Below, one piece after another: positions 9,295-20,000 of a stretch of 20,000 bases of DNA (positions are counted from its first letter, which is position 1; each line of letters starts with the position of its first letter). A model generated the notes under the pieces. That model saw only the letters and a program-made list of their open reading frames with translations, was not told the origin of the DNA and made no database searches. This DNA is from Proteromonas lacertae. Lineage: Eukaryota. The position numbers and the translations under genes are program-made. The stretch covers positions 51,698 to 71,697 of the forward strand of contig NGBS01001190.1 of the NCBI GenBank assembly GCA_002245135.1. Reading direction: 5' to 3'.

Positions 9295-12200
9295 TTAAGA
9301 TCTTAATTTAATCATTGCTTTGTTTTGTATTTCTCTTGCTATATCTTCAGTAAGATATTTATCAATATCCAAAGCAATTTCAGATGATGTTTTATTCAAT
9401 GACTGTTTATCAAACTCCAATTCACCATTCATCTCATCTTCCCTAATTTCAGTCAAAACATCTTTTATATTCTGAATGGACTTCTTTTTCAATGAAGTTG
9501 AATCAACTTTATAATTCCATGTCGTTTCACCAATCACATTTCCTTGTTTTAATACTCCTACTCTTTCTCCATCTACACCATATAAAGAAGCTAATCTATC
9601 ATGGCTTCCAATAAGGAAAGTAGGTGGATATAATACACAACTAATCCTTTTAATACCTTCTGTATGAAAAGTGTCAATTTTCTTAAGATGTAACAATGTA
9701 TCTGGAACACTATCAGGAACTTCATCATTTGGGAAATAAAACACTGTTGTTCTAGAATAATAATAATAATAAGGATGAAATATATACGCTGGTTTATTAG
9801 CAAAAGCTTCACCTTGCTCAGAATCTCTCCAATTTCTATTATTATCACCATAATCAACTCTTAATCGACGATAGGGATAATGACATTCAGCTGGTTCAAT
9901 AACTGGATGAATTTCATAAACAGCACAAATCTTATTAATTACACTATTTTCATATAAAAATATATATTATTATACTCTGTTAAATCATAAAAAAGTAATA
10001 CTCCATTATCATCACCACATACTAACGTAATTGAAACAACTGTTCTACCACATTTACCCATACAATCAAAAGCACAATTACAAGGATAACTCCATTCCAT
10101 ATATTTATTAATTGCAGTGATTGTCGATAATTGTATTTCAATCTCCTCATTTCCTTCTATGATCTTCTCAGAAACAGGGAAATGAAAGTAAAATAAACAT
10201 TCATCTTTGTTTAATGACCAAATTGATAGATTATTGTTCAAATCAACAGAAACAAATAATGGATAAGGTTCTAAGAAACAAAGTGAAGTTATTGAAGTTG
10301 TATGACCAACATAACGTCTTAATAAATTTGCATATTCAAAATTCCACAAATGAATCATTCCACTTCCATCTCCTGTAACAAATACTTCAAAATGACTTGA
10401 ATAACAACCAGTTAATATATGATCAGTATGTGCTTCATTAATAAATCTAATTTGATATCCTCTTTCTTTATCTCTTTCATCATGAACTTGTATTGTCTTA
10501 TCAAAACTTGTAGATATCACTAATCGATATTTGGGTGTATAATCTATCCATGATATTTCTTTATTATGACATGGTTTGTTTTCATCATAACAGAATTCTT
10601 TCTGCAGTGTTCCTTGACTTATATCATATATTTTAATTCTTCCTTTTGAATCACCAGTTATATATTTTCTATCTCTATTATCAAGACAAAATGCTAAGAT
10701 TTCATTTTCACAATGTGTTGAATAGGAATGCAATATTGTACCTGTATTAGCATCCCATACCTTAATATTATTACCAGATGCAGTAACAAATGTTTGATAT
10801 GTGTCATTATATAGACAAGCAACGATTGATTTATCATCAGTATATTTTGGATTCTCTTTACATTCATAATCGTAATAATGTAGGTATGTTCCTCCTAATA
10901 CTAATCTTCTATATTCAGGAATTGTAGTAAATGAAGTAATATAATCGTTTTCTACATTGAATGTTTGAATACATGCAAATGTACGAATATCCCATAGTTT
11001 AAACATTCCTGATTCATCTCCTGTAATTATTTGTGGAGTATGTGGAATGGATTTTATTCCCATTATATTACTAATTACATTGTAATAATAATAATATATA
11101 TATATATACTGCATATGTCCTGATAATCTATGAATAGGCTTCTCAACATATGGATTCCATATAATACCTTCATTGTCATAACCACAACTCAATAACAATT
11201 TATAATCTTCAGAATAATCTAGACCACTTACAGCTTGTTTATGACCATTCAATGAGAGATTATACTTCTGACAATTCACATCCCATAAATGAATTGAATG
11301 ATCCATACTTCCACTAGCTAATAAATGAGTTTCATTTAAATATTTCAAACATAAGATCATATCAGTGTGAGAACCTGGTTTTATATTACCTCTACTATCT
11401 AATCCACCATATTCACAACTAAACTTATGATTTTCTACTTTGAGATCTTTACTTAACTTCCATTCATATAATATTCCATTTACACCACCTGTGTATAGTA
11501 GATTGTGATCTATATCATGGAATGATTCCATTGCATGCTATTAATAATGAAAAAAATAATAATAAATATTATACTTGACAACATTTTGCTGTTAGAGTAG
11601 TCATTAAAGTCCCAGTAGATTCTAATTTATAAATAAATAATTAATAACAAATATATATATATATATTATACCTTCATAAAATCTCAACATCATATTAGAA
11701 TAACTTATACAATACTGATTAACTGAAGGAACAAACATTGTATCAATCACTTCAACTCCTGTTTCATATTTCCTACCAAACTTTCTTAATGGCTTGTAGT
11801 TACCTGTATACATCTCTACAATATTCGAACCTGTTTCCCATAACACCATTCCTTGATTTTCTGATGTATATTTCACATTTTGAAGTGTATGAGTCCATCT
11901 GTGTGGATCTTTAAATGGATTTCTTTTGTAGGATAATAAATTGCCTTGCTTTTTCTGATTGACCTACTTCTACTAAATAATTGGTGAATTCTGGCCATTG
12001 CATTGTTCCATCACCATTTAAATCAACTTCATAAAAGATTTGTAATAAATTTAGAATTATATCTTCTTTTTTGTATCTTTTGTTTAATTCTTGCAAATAT
12101 TTAGGAACATAATAAATAAACTGATGAACAGTGATAATACCTTCATTTTGAGTAAATATAGATTTTAATTGAGATAACTATCAAATAATGAATGAAAATG

Positions 12201-12391
12201 TATACTTTATCTTGATCGAGATATAGAATCATTTCCATTACGAAGAGATGATGGTCTTCTTGATCTGGCACTTTTATTGATTCAAAATCTATCCCAAAAT
12301 CATCTGGTAAATCAGTAATAAATAGATTCTTTTGAGATTCATGATTTTCAACCAATTTCTTCAAGGGTGATTGGTTTTTCTTCCTTTGCAT
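9295..12391 (-). CDS. EF-hand + WD40-repeat protein (WDR49/EFCAB8/WDY-like architecture), about 957 aa
   Basis: EF-hand FYEVDLNGDGTMQWPEFTNY, followed by many WD repeats (LASGSMDHSIHLWD, LLSCGYDNEGIIWNPY, IITGDESGMFKLWDIR). Introns 12178-12205, 11622-11671, 11538-11574, 11071-11109, 9944-9975, 9752-9787. One +1 indel is needed near 11938. Confidence 0.85.
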
Positions 12392-12531
12392 TTTAAAAAC
12401 TACAAATAATTTGGTCGAATAGTCGATACGAGTGTATTATATATTTTCTAGCTTAATATATTGGATGTATGAGATTAAGCAACTGTTTTTTTCGATTTGA
12501 AATAGGTTATCCAAAAGAATTTTTAAACACC
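12392..12531. promoter_or_regulatory. 140-bp divergent (head-to-head) intergenic region, probable bidirectional promoter
   Basis: Lies between the ATG of the WD40 gene (12391, -) and the ATG of PAM18 (12532, +). No specific element was identified. Confidence 0.5.
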
Positions 12532-13058
12532 ATGTTTAGCATTTTTCGTCAAATACCTAAAGCAAAAGCCTTTATAAAGCCTTGTGTATGCTTTTCTATA
12601 TCTATTCGATTAGGCTCAATTACCAATACTTTCACAGTTCCACAATACACCATCACAACAAATTTGGCCTCTTTTTGCTGGATGTGGTGTTGCAGTAGGT
12701 TGTCTTGCTGTTAAACATATAGTCGTTGTATTTAAACAAATATTTTAATCTATAGTCTGCTCAAAAATATAGAGCTAGAGGAGAAGGCAGTAATCCGTAC
12801 ATGTTTACTAACTATTATCAAGGAGGATTTGAGAGTGAAATGTCTAAAAGAGAAGCTTGTTTGATATTGGGAGTTAAGTATAATTTTTATAAATCTATAT
12901 AATTACATAGACCAGGATCAAATTCACAGAGAGTTAAAGCAGCACATAAAAGATTGTTGTTATTAAACCATCCAGATAAAGGTGGATCAACCTATATAGC
13001 AGCAAAACTAAATGAAGCAAAAGATTTACTACTAGGTAACACAAATACTCGAAAATAA
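12532..13058 (+). CDS. PAM18: Mitochondrial/MRO import motor J-protein PAM18/TIM14 (DNAJC19-like), 145 aa
   Basis: Spliced product MFSIFRQIPKAKAFIKPCAQLPILSQFHNTPSQQIWPLFAGCGVAVGCLAVK..YYQGGFESEMSKREACLILGV..AHKRLLLLNHPDKGGSTYIAAKLNEAKDLL. Introns 12586-12613, 12728-12755, 12878-12910. TAA 13056-13058. Missed by the ORF track. Confidence 0.96.
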
Positions 13059-13164
13059 AATAACTTGTTAATTTTTTTCTTTATAAATATATGTTTTTTT
13101 AAAAAATATATTCTAAAAACAAATTCAAAATTAATTATAAACAAATTAATTTATAATCATTAAC

Positions 13165-16100
13165 TTATAATGAATACTCTTCAATATTATCTTTAACAAT
13201 CCTGTCATTACACCAATTCGTACAAACAATATAATTAACAATAACAGCTTTTTCAGAAAGGATTTTTTTCTTTACTTGTTTCAACATAATTCTTACGATA
13301 ATCACATCATTAATTAAACTTTGAGTTAATACAGCAGGATAAAAGAACTTCCATGCCATTAATTCCATCACAAAATCACAACAAAAAATAACAATACCAG
13401 CAATTAAAGTATATTTTGCATAATCCATCAACTCTTTAGATTCTAAATCCATTGATTTCTCCAAATTCTTATGTAGATTCTGATTCAATCTTAACCATTC
13501 AATCTGTTTATAATATTCACTATTAAAGGATAATTGTGAAGGAGCACTATAAGCTAAAGACAAAGCAGATCTAATAAACTTATCAACAGTAGAATCTAAA
13601 CTTTGGAACATAGTATATTTATTAGTTGTATCAAAATATAATTTAAATTCTTCACTTCCTACTCTTTCACTAATTGGTATATTTTTTCCAGTATCACAAC
13701 TATAAGATACACTAGAATGTGCTTCTTCTAATTTATGAGAGTGTTCTATTATTATGGTTTTATATTTATTATATTCTTTTGTATTATATCTGTTCAATAT
13801 CAATTGACCAACTGAATAGTGTATTTTTTCTATATAATTCATTCTCATTGCTGTATAATAGATTGTATCAATCGATTGATCTTCTTTCATCTTCTGTACA
13901 GTCATCACAACTGTTAATACGATCAATACTATAAGTTGCTTTATAAAAATAAGAAAGATATAGAATAACAATTTCTTTCTTGTTGAACATTTGTAAGTGG
14001 TAGGAAATAGTTTTTCTAAAGATTCTCTTCCTGCTTTCATTTCTGCATTCTTTATTGTCATTGTAAAATCATCTTCACTATCATCTTTATCCAATTTTAT
14101 TTCTTTAGCTGGACTGTTAAATTTTTCTAATAATAAATGAAAATTATTGGATAATCTCTTTGTTTCCTCAACTGGTAATAATTTCAACATATCTAAACCT
14201 ACATGCTGTTCCATATGAGCAAGTCCAACTGCATTAAAATAGAAATAATAAGAAACAATTAATTGAATTACTTTAAGAGATATATAAACATAGAGAAAAA
14301 TCATTACACTTTCTATTAAACTATGCATATTTGTTTCTATATCATCAATTGGATCAGCAAATCCATCTTCCATTGTATATGCATTAGAAAGAATGAAGTC
14401 ATATTCATCTCTATAGAGTTTTTTATCTACTTCATTCATGGGTGTAGTTTTATTCCATTTCTTAATGTATTCTATACTATGTAAATACCTTAAACCAGCT
14501 TCATTGAGAGTTAATAACGATTTTTCTGGAAGAACCGCCACTTTTAAACTTAAGAATTGGAACTTTTAGCTTTTCTGTCATATCATAGAAATGACAATTA
14601 TTTATTCCTATAATACTTTGACAAGTTGATAATTTCAACTGATAGTATCTATATTTAGTAGAATCACTTTTAATTAAATCATAATTCCTTTTAGCATAAC
14701 TGTTCATATCATCCAATGAAATATCACGGGTTGCAATAGTGGTAGTCCACATATAGAATGGTCTAAATGAGAAATCTGATAAATATTCAAGATATTCATT
14801 AGTAGAACATAAAATAAATATTAAAGAAACACCACCTACTAAACAGAATAAGAATATTGTGATTATAGTAAACCAATCATTAACCTTTTCTAGTTTTTGA
14901 ATTCCTAATCCTTTTTTATCACATTCTTGAGTTTTACTACTTGAAAATATATCTTCTTTATCCACTGTTTTATTCTTTTCTTTTTTAATTTCATTTCTTA
15001 ATTCTGTTGTTTCTTGTACTTCATCTGGAGATGGTGAAAATGTTTGTGGGCTTGGATCAGGCTTGACTTTATTATTATTATTATTATTATTATTAGGAAT
15101 ATAACTATTCATTGCACTACTCATTCTTTTATTCGTTCTACCAAAATTATAATTATTATGACCACTATTTGAATGAAATGCATTCCCATTTGAAATTGAT
15201 TTACTAGCCGTTAAACTTGATCGAGAAACTCCTGCTGACTTTTCTTCCACATTTTCAGTAACTTCTTGCCTATCAATCTCCTCAGCCCAATTATATAGTT
15301 CATTTGATCTCATTATATCTGATCGAATATGTTCTAAGTAAGAAGCATAACTTCTCAAAACCGTCTGATTACCAGCATATCCTTTCATTAATTTCCTATA
15401 ACAATTCATTGCTTTACTATCATTTTCTACTACTTCGCGAAATGATGAACTAAATCTCTTCAGAATAGAATGATTAGCTAATGATTTAGCTTCAGAGATA
15501 CTTTCCCATATATCACCCATTGATCTTAATACTTCCTATTACAATAATAATAATAAGAGAAAATAGAAAATTTATATTATTTTACATACTGTATGATGAT
15601 TTCTAGCTTCCCTTAAAGTTCTATTCATTTCAATTAGTTTAATTCTATCACTTGGTGTTTCATTCGGATATTGTGACATTATTAACAATTGATAGATATA
15701 ATATCTCATATCCAAACTTGTAGCATTTGATACTAATTTTAATGAGTTTATTATATTGAAATCAGTTGCATTTTCTTCACAAAAACATAAATAATACATC
15801 CAAAAGCATGAATCATATGTAAATAATGGAATATTTAATATCATAAACTGTCGACATACATTTAAATCAAATTTTGGTATCTCTCCCTTCGTTGTTACAT
15901 TATCTTTCTCATACTCTTCAATTAAATATTTAATCAATCTATATGGTCCATAAACTCTAGAAAATGGTTTTATTAAACCTATCATTATTGGATTTTTAAC
16001 CATTTTTTCACCTTTTCTATTATATGAAACAGTTGGTTTATTACGAAAACTACTTCTACTTGAATTCTTATGCAATAAAGCATCACTAGAAATTGAACCA

Positions 16101-17289
16101 TTTGCTGAAGATATTGCTTCTAATTTTTTTGGATCAAATTTTTTATATATTCGTTTTAATCGATATTTTGGAATTTGAAATCCTATAGTTATACATACTA
16201 TCATTCCACTGATTAACAATCCAAAACATATCTTATCATTACATTTACTACATCGCAATATATCAATTGCAAAAGCCCAAACTCCTGCTAAACATGAACC
16301 AATTTCAAATCCTTCTAATCTTACAGATTGAGATGCAAAATAATACCAACAACCAACAAAATCTAAAAAACAAATAACAAATCTCACTACTGCTGATATA
16401 ATGATAGATTGGATAGAAAATCCTCTAAATATAACTAACAACAATGCTAAAAATCGATGTAGACTTTGATATCTACCATGGATTAATCCACCACTTTTGA
16501 TTTTTGGATATGATAGATAATGATATAACATTGTTATACTTGCAAATGCGATAGTGAAGACAATTGAAGAAATGAATGTAACTGTATGACTTCCCTATTT
16601 AAATTAATTAATATAATAATAAATAATAAATATACTTCAAAACAATCATAACTAGAATCAAAAGATGAAACAATCACAGATTCACCATTTATTATTTTCT
16701 TTTTACATACATATAATGCAGAAACACCATTAATAAATGGAACATAAAAGTATGTAGTCATTATACATATAGTTAAACATATAAATTTATTTAAATAAGA
16801 TGGAATTTCTAAATTATAGTAACATAATAAATAAGCCACAAGTAAAACAGCAATATAACAATAGCCAAACACCATTATACCTATTGCACTGCCAATTGGA
16901 GATAATGATGACGTTTTAATCGGTGAAATAATATAAGAAAGTCCTTTATATACCACAGAAGTTGGTTTGGAGAGTAAATTACTTTCTTCGGATGGTATTG
17001 ACAGATACATATAATAAAGGATTTTATCAAGTATTCTAATGTAATTGTATGAAGAAAATAGCACATTAAGTGAAGTAATTGTGTAAATTAAAGAAAATAA
17101 TGCTTTCTCAGATTTGCTAACTATCCACATCTTTTTCAACCTTCTAATTTCTCCATTAACTGCTTCCATTTAATCCACAGGATGAATCTGCCGATACTGA
17201 GCCTCTATTGGAATAACACTAAAATTATACCTTTCTGAGGCTGTATCACCATCACTAATAGTGCTAGAACTAGATGATAAAATGCTCAT
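13165..17289 (-). CDS. TmcB/TmcC-like (tiny macrocysts family) large multi-pass membrane protein, about 1300 aa
   Basis: N-terminal multi-TM region with CFEGSH and HGR motifs; SLDMRYYIY; TPR-like AMNCYRKLMKGYAGNQTVLRSYASYLEHIRSDIMRSNELYNWAEE; C-terminal TM pairs with helical loops. Introns 16595-16635 and 15536-15589. A +1 indel in the A-run at 14521-14525 joins ORFs 14501-15520 and 13165-14541. The start is uncertain (ATG 17289 with a probable intron from 17230 plus an indel, or ATG 17169). Confidence 0.7.
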
Positions 17290-17383
17290 TTTGTTTGCTG
17301 CTTCAAAAAATCACAAAACGATTGAAACAGCAAACTTCAGGCTTGATATTAATACATTACATTATTGTATTTTTGTATTACAT
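17290..17383. promoter_or_regulatory. About 94-bp divergent intergenic region between TmcB-like and TMEM131-like genes
   Basis: Head-to-head ATGs at 17289 (-) and 17384 (+); both starts are inferred. Confidence 0.4.
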
Positions 17384-20000
17384 ATGAATTTTTTTCATCG
17401 ATTCATGCTTGATACTTATTATTCTAGGAATAATTATGGTCAAAGTGCAATGCAAAAATGAAGAGATAGAAAAAACAGCCAGTTCCTCAAACTTCAATCT
17501 ATGGAACCTTTAAACACTCGTCATTATTGAGAGTAAATACAGAGTCAGATGCAACGCCACAAGGGTATATTTTCATTTATTTTTATTCCATAGTTATTGA
17601 AAAATGAGTTTTCATTCTCACCGCCAGCAGTTGGACTTTGGAAGAGTTGAAATGTTTGTTCCAAATTGAAGCTACAGTAAAATTAGCAAGTTATTATCAT
17701 GAGAATGACAAAATCATCAGTTCTGTTTCTTCATCAATCGGTTTGATCATACATCCTATGCCAGTATATACTTTCTCCTATGGAGAAGTTAAAGAAATAC
17801 AAATCCGTTTCATCCCTTATGTACTTGGCAGTCAATCAGTCACAATTACATTCTCAAGTCCAACGGAGACATTGAACTATTTAATAACAGCTACTGTATA
17901 TGAATCAACAACAGGACTACTACCAGTAACAAACTATGTTACTTATATAAATGAAACATTTGAAGCAACTTTAGAAATGTATAATCCGTTTGAAAAAGAG
18001 TTAAATATACATGAACTATATACTACAGATAATCGTTTAGAATTAACATCAGATAATATAAGCATATGTATATTTTATTTATTATTATTATTATGTAAAT
18101 AGTATGGCTAATTCCATCTAGACATCGAGCAACAATAATCAAAATAAAAGTCACAGATGTAGAAGAATCAGCAATAATTGGTTATTTATATATCCATACA
18201 AACTATGGAGTATTGCAATACCCGTTCAAATCAGTGTAATTCCCAAGAAACTGTCATACAAAACATTACATGTTGATATTCCTTATTTAGATTACAACGG
18301 TATAGAGGTAAGAAATCTATTTAGTCCATTTAAAGAGAATAAGTTCAATACAAAACTCACATGTGATAAATGTCAATGTGATATTGTTACAGTGACTAAA
18401 TATAGAAATACAATTGAAACTGAAAAGGGATTATATCAATTCGCAGATGTGAAGATTAGAGGATGTATGACTGGAAGATATGAAGCATTTGTATATGTTT
18501 ATACTGATAACAACAATACAGAGTTAGATAGTGTGTTACAAATCAACGTAAATGTATTTAAAGATATTTAAGGTATGACAGGACTAAGACTTATATAGGA
18601 GTAAATGTATATACAAAATTTGGTACATTTTCTGACTATTTATTACCTATTACTAATTCATATAATGATTCTTTCACTATAACTGGAATAAAGAGTAGTA
18701 ACATGAGACATTTGAATATAATAATGAAGAATTTAACATTTCCTTACGAATGGACTGGTTATTCACAATTTAAACTAAATGTAAGATTTAATACATCTGA
18801 TAGATGGCTATCTACAATTATAAATGTTACAATTGTTACTAAAGAAAGAGATTTTGTTATTCCATATACTATATATATAATGGTTATCCATTATTAGCAC
18901 GTACAGAGAAAGAACATTAATTAGCAATCCATTAAACGATAAAATATATAATAAACCAATTCCTCCTTATTCTTATGCTTTTGTTACTACACCTGCTGTT
19001 GAAAGACCTTTGATTTGCTTATTTGGTAAAATTGCATTAGGTGAAAAGAGATATCGTACTGTTGTATTGATTAATAATAATCCAATTAGTTTAACTGTTG
19101 ATTATGGTACTCCACCAATACCTGGAATAAAGTATTATGCAAAAGCATTAGTAAAAGGAGTTGGTAATTTCACTGGAATTCCTAGAGATAAACCTCCACA
19201 GAACTTAAAAAGATTTCATATTCAACCAAATGAAACTGAATTTACCTTATATCCCAATGATGCACTCTATATTATTATTGAAGTAACAGCACATCCAAAT
19301 CATACAATTGATACTGATTTGGTAGAAGCATTTAGAGTTAAAGAGAAATGGGCTGAACCACATGCTTTGATACTTCCAATGGCTGATAAATATGGAAAAT
19401 ACTTTAGTCAGTTATACGTATTAGTAGGTTATACGCCTGTAAGTGGAAGTGTAAAATATATTCCACCAAATGCGTCATTGTATGCCATATTTCAAGGAGA
19501 AATAGAACATATTGCTGTAAGTATGGTTAGTTCATTTCCTGAAGATTTACATATAAAGTCTTACAATGTTACTGATTCTAGATTACAGTTGTTAGTTGAT
19601 AAGAACATTATTAGAGCAAATGATTTTGTATATATTTTATAATATTTATTTACTATTTTAGACTGTGATTGGTTATTTAACATTTGATCCTAAAATTATC
19701 TGTAAATTGTCTTATGAAATTTGTGATTATGTACTTTCTGGTTCAAGAATAAGTGTGGATGATTATGAAAAAAGAATTATTTGTGTTTCATTCTTTAGAT
19801 GAAATGAATAGTTATAATAAACGTTATAACGATTACAGCAAAAAAGGGAATTATTTCTCTTCAATTGTAAGAATTGATACTGATGAATTAAGTAATATCA
19901 ATCTTCCAGTTCAAGTAAGAATTGAATTCCCTTCAATAATAGATTCAGTCAAACCGTTATATCATTTCCCAGCAACTGCAGTAGGTGATTCTTCTAACAT
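17384..20000 (+). CDS. TMEM131-like protein (signal peptide + tandem PapD/ASH-like Ig folds), 5' part, continues beyond the window; many 1-nt indels
   Basis: After indel correction: MNFFIDSCLILIILGIIMVKVQC (signal peptide), FSFSPPAVDFG, IRFIPYVLG, MYNPFEKELNIHELYTT, LWLIPS, LFGKIALGEKRYRTVVLINNNPI, GYLTFDP. These motifs recall TMEM131 in the expected order. Introns 17565-17593, 18068-18102, 19628-19661. Confidence 0.75.

Noticed and set aside
11945..11963. 19-nt GTCAAT..CAAG intron that would repair the WD40 frame
   Set aside because: It is shorter than all others, not AT-rich and does not fit GTAT..TAG. A 1-nt indel is simpler.
1207..13934. Short antisense or off-frame ORFs (1207-1533, 1787-2044, 2939-3168, 3559-3801, 4777-5046, 5863-6072, 7920-8111, 8179-8376, 8818-9009, 9591-9857, 13719-13934)
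   Set aside because: They are low-complexity F/I/Y-rich shadows of real genes or of AT-rich DNA, with no domain signal.
1100..19800. Programmed +1 ribosomal frameshifting (Euplotes-type AAA-TAR)
   Set aside because: Shifts are both +1 and -1, fall in homopolymers, and have no shared shift codon next to a stop.
1..20000. Transposons, CRISPR arrays, tRNA/rRNA genes
   Set aside because: No transposase or RT motifs, terminal repeats, spaced direct repeats or structured RNA signatures were seen.

Overview
This is very AT-rich, gene-dense eukaryotic DNA with tiny spliceosomal introns (25-69 nt). Intron size, He_PIG-type Ig modules and UG-rich 3' elements suggest a Blastocystis/Opalinata-like stramenopile; that assignment is inference only. 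Manual splicing resolves eight genes: (1) BTB-BACK / He_PIG / SPRY protein (+, frameshifted); (2) He_PIG + Cys-rich + TM surface protein fragment (+); (3) DEPDC5/Iml1, the GATOR1 subunit (-, 20 introns, about 1044 aa); (4) signal peptide-TPM-TM-RING protein (-); (5) EF-hand + WD40 protein, WDR49/EFCAB8-like (-); (6) PAM18/TIM14 J-protein (+); (7) TmcB/TmcC-like multi-pass membrane protein (-); (8) TMEM131-like protein (+, runs off the window). The strongest hidden signal is a 62-nt AT-AC minor-spliceosome (U12-type) intron in DEPDC5 at 6793-6854. All 38 GT-AG introns I could place read GTAT...TAG, and only 3 have +5G. Several introns are almost pure microsatellite. Many single-base homopolymer indels point to long-read consensus errors rather than recoding. 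No RNA genes, transposons or CRISPR arrays could be supported.
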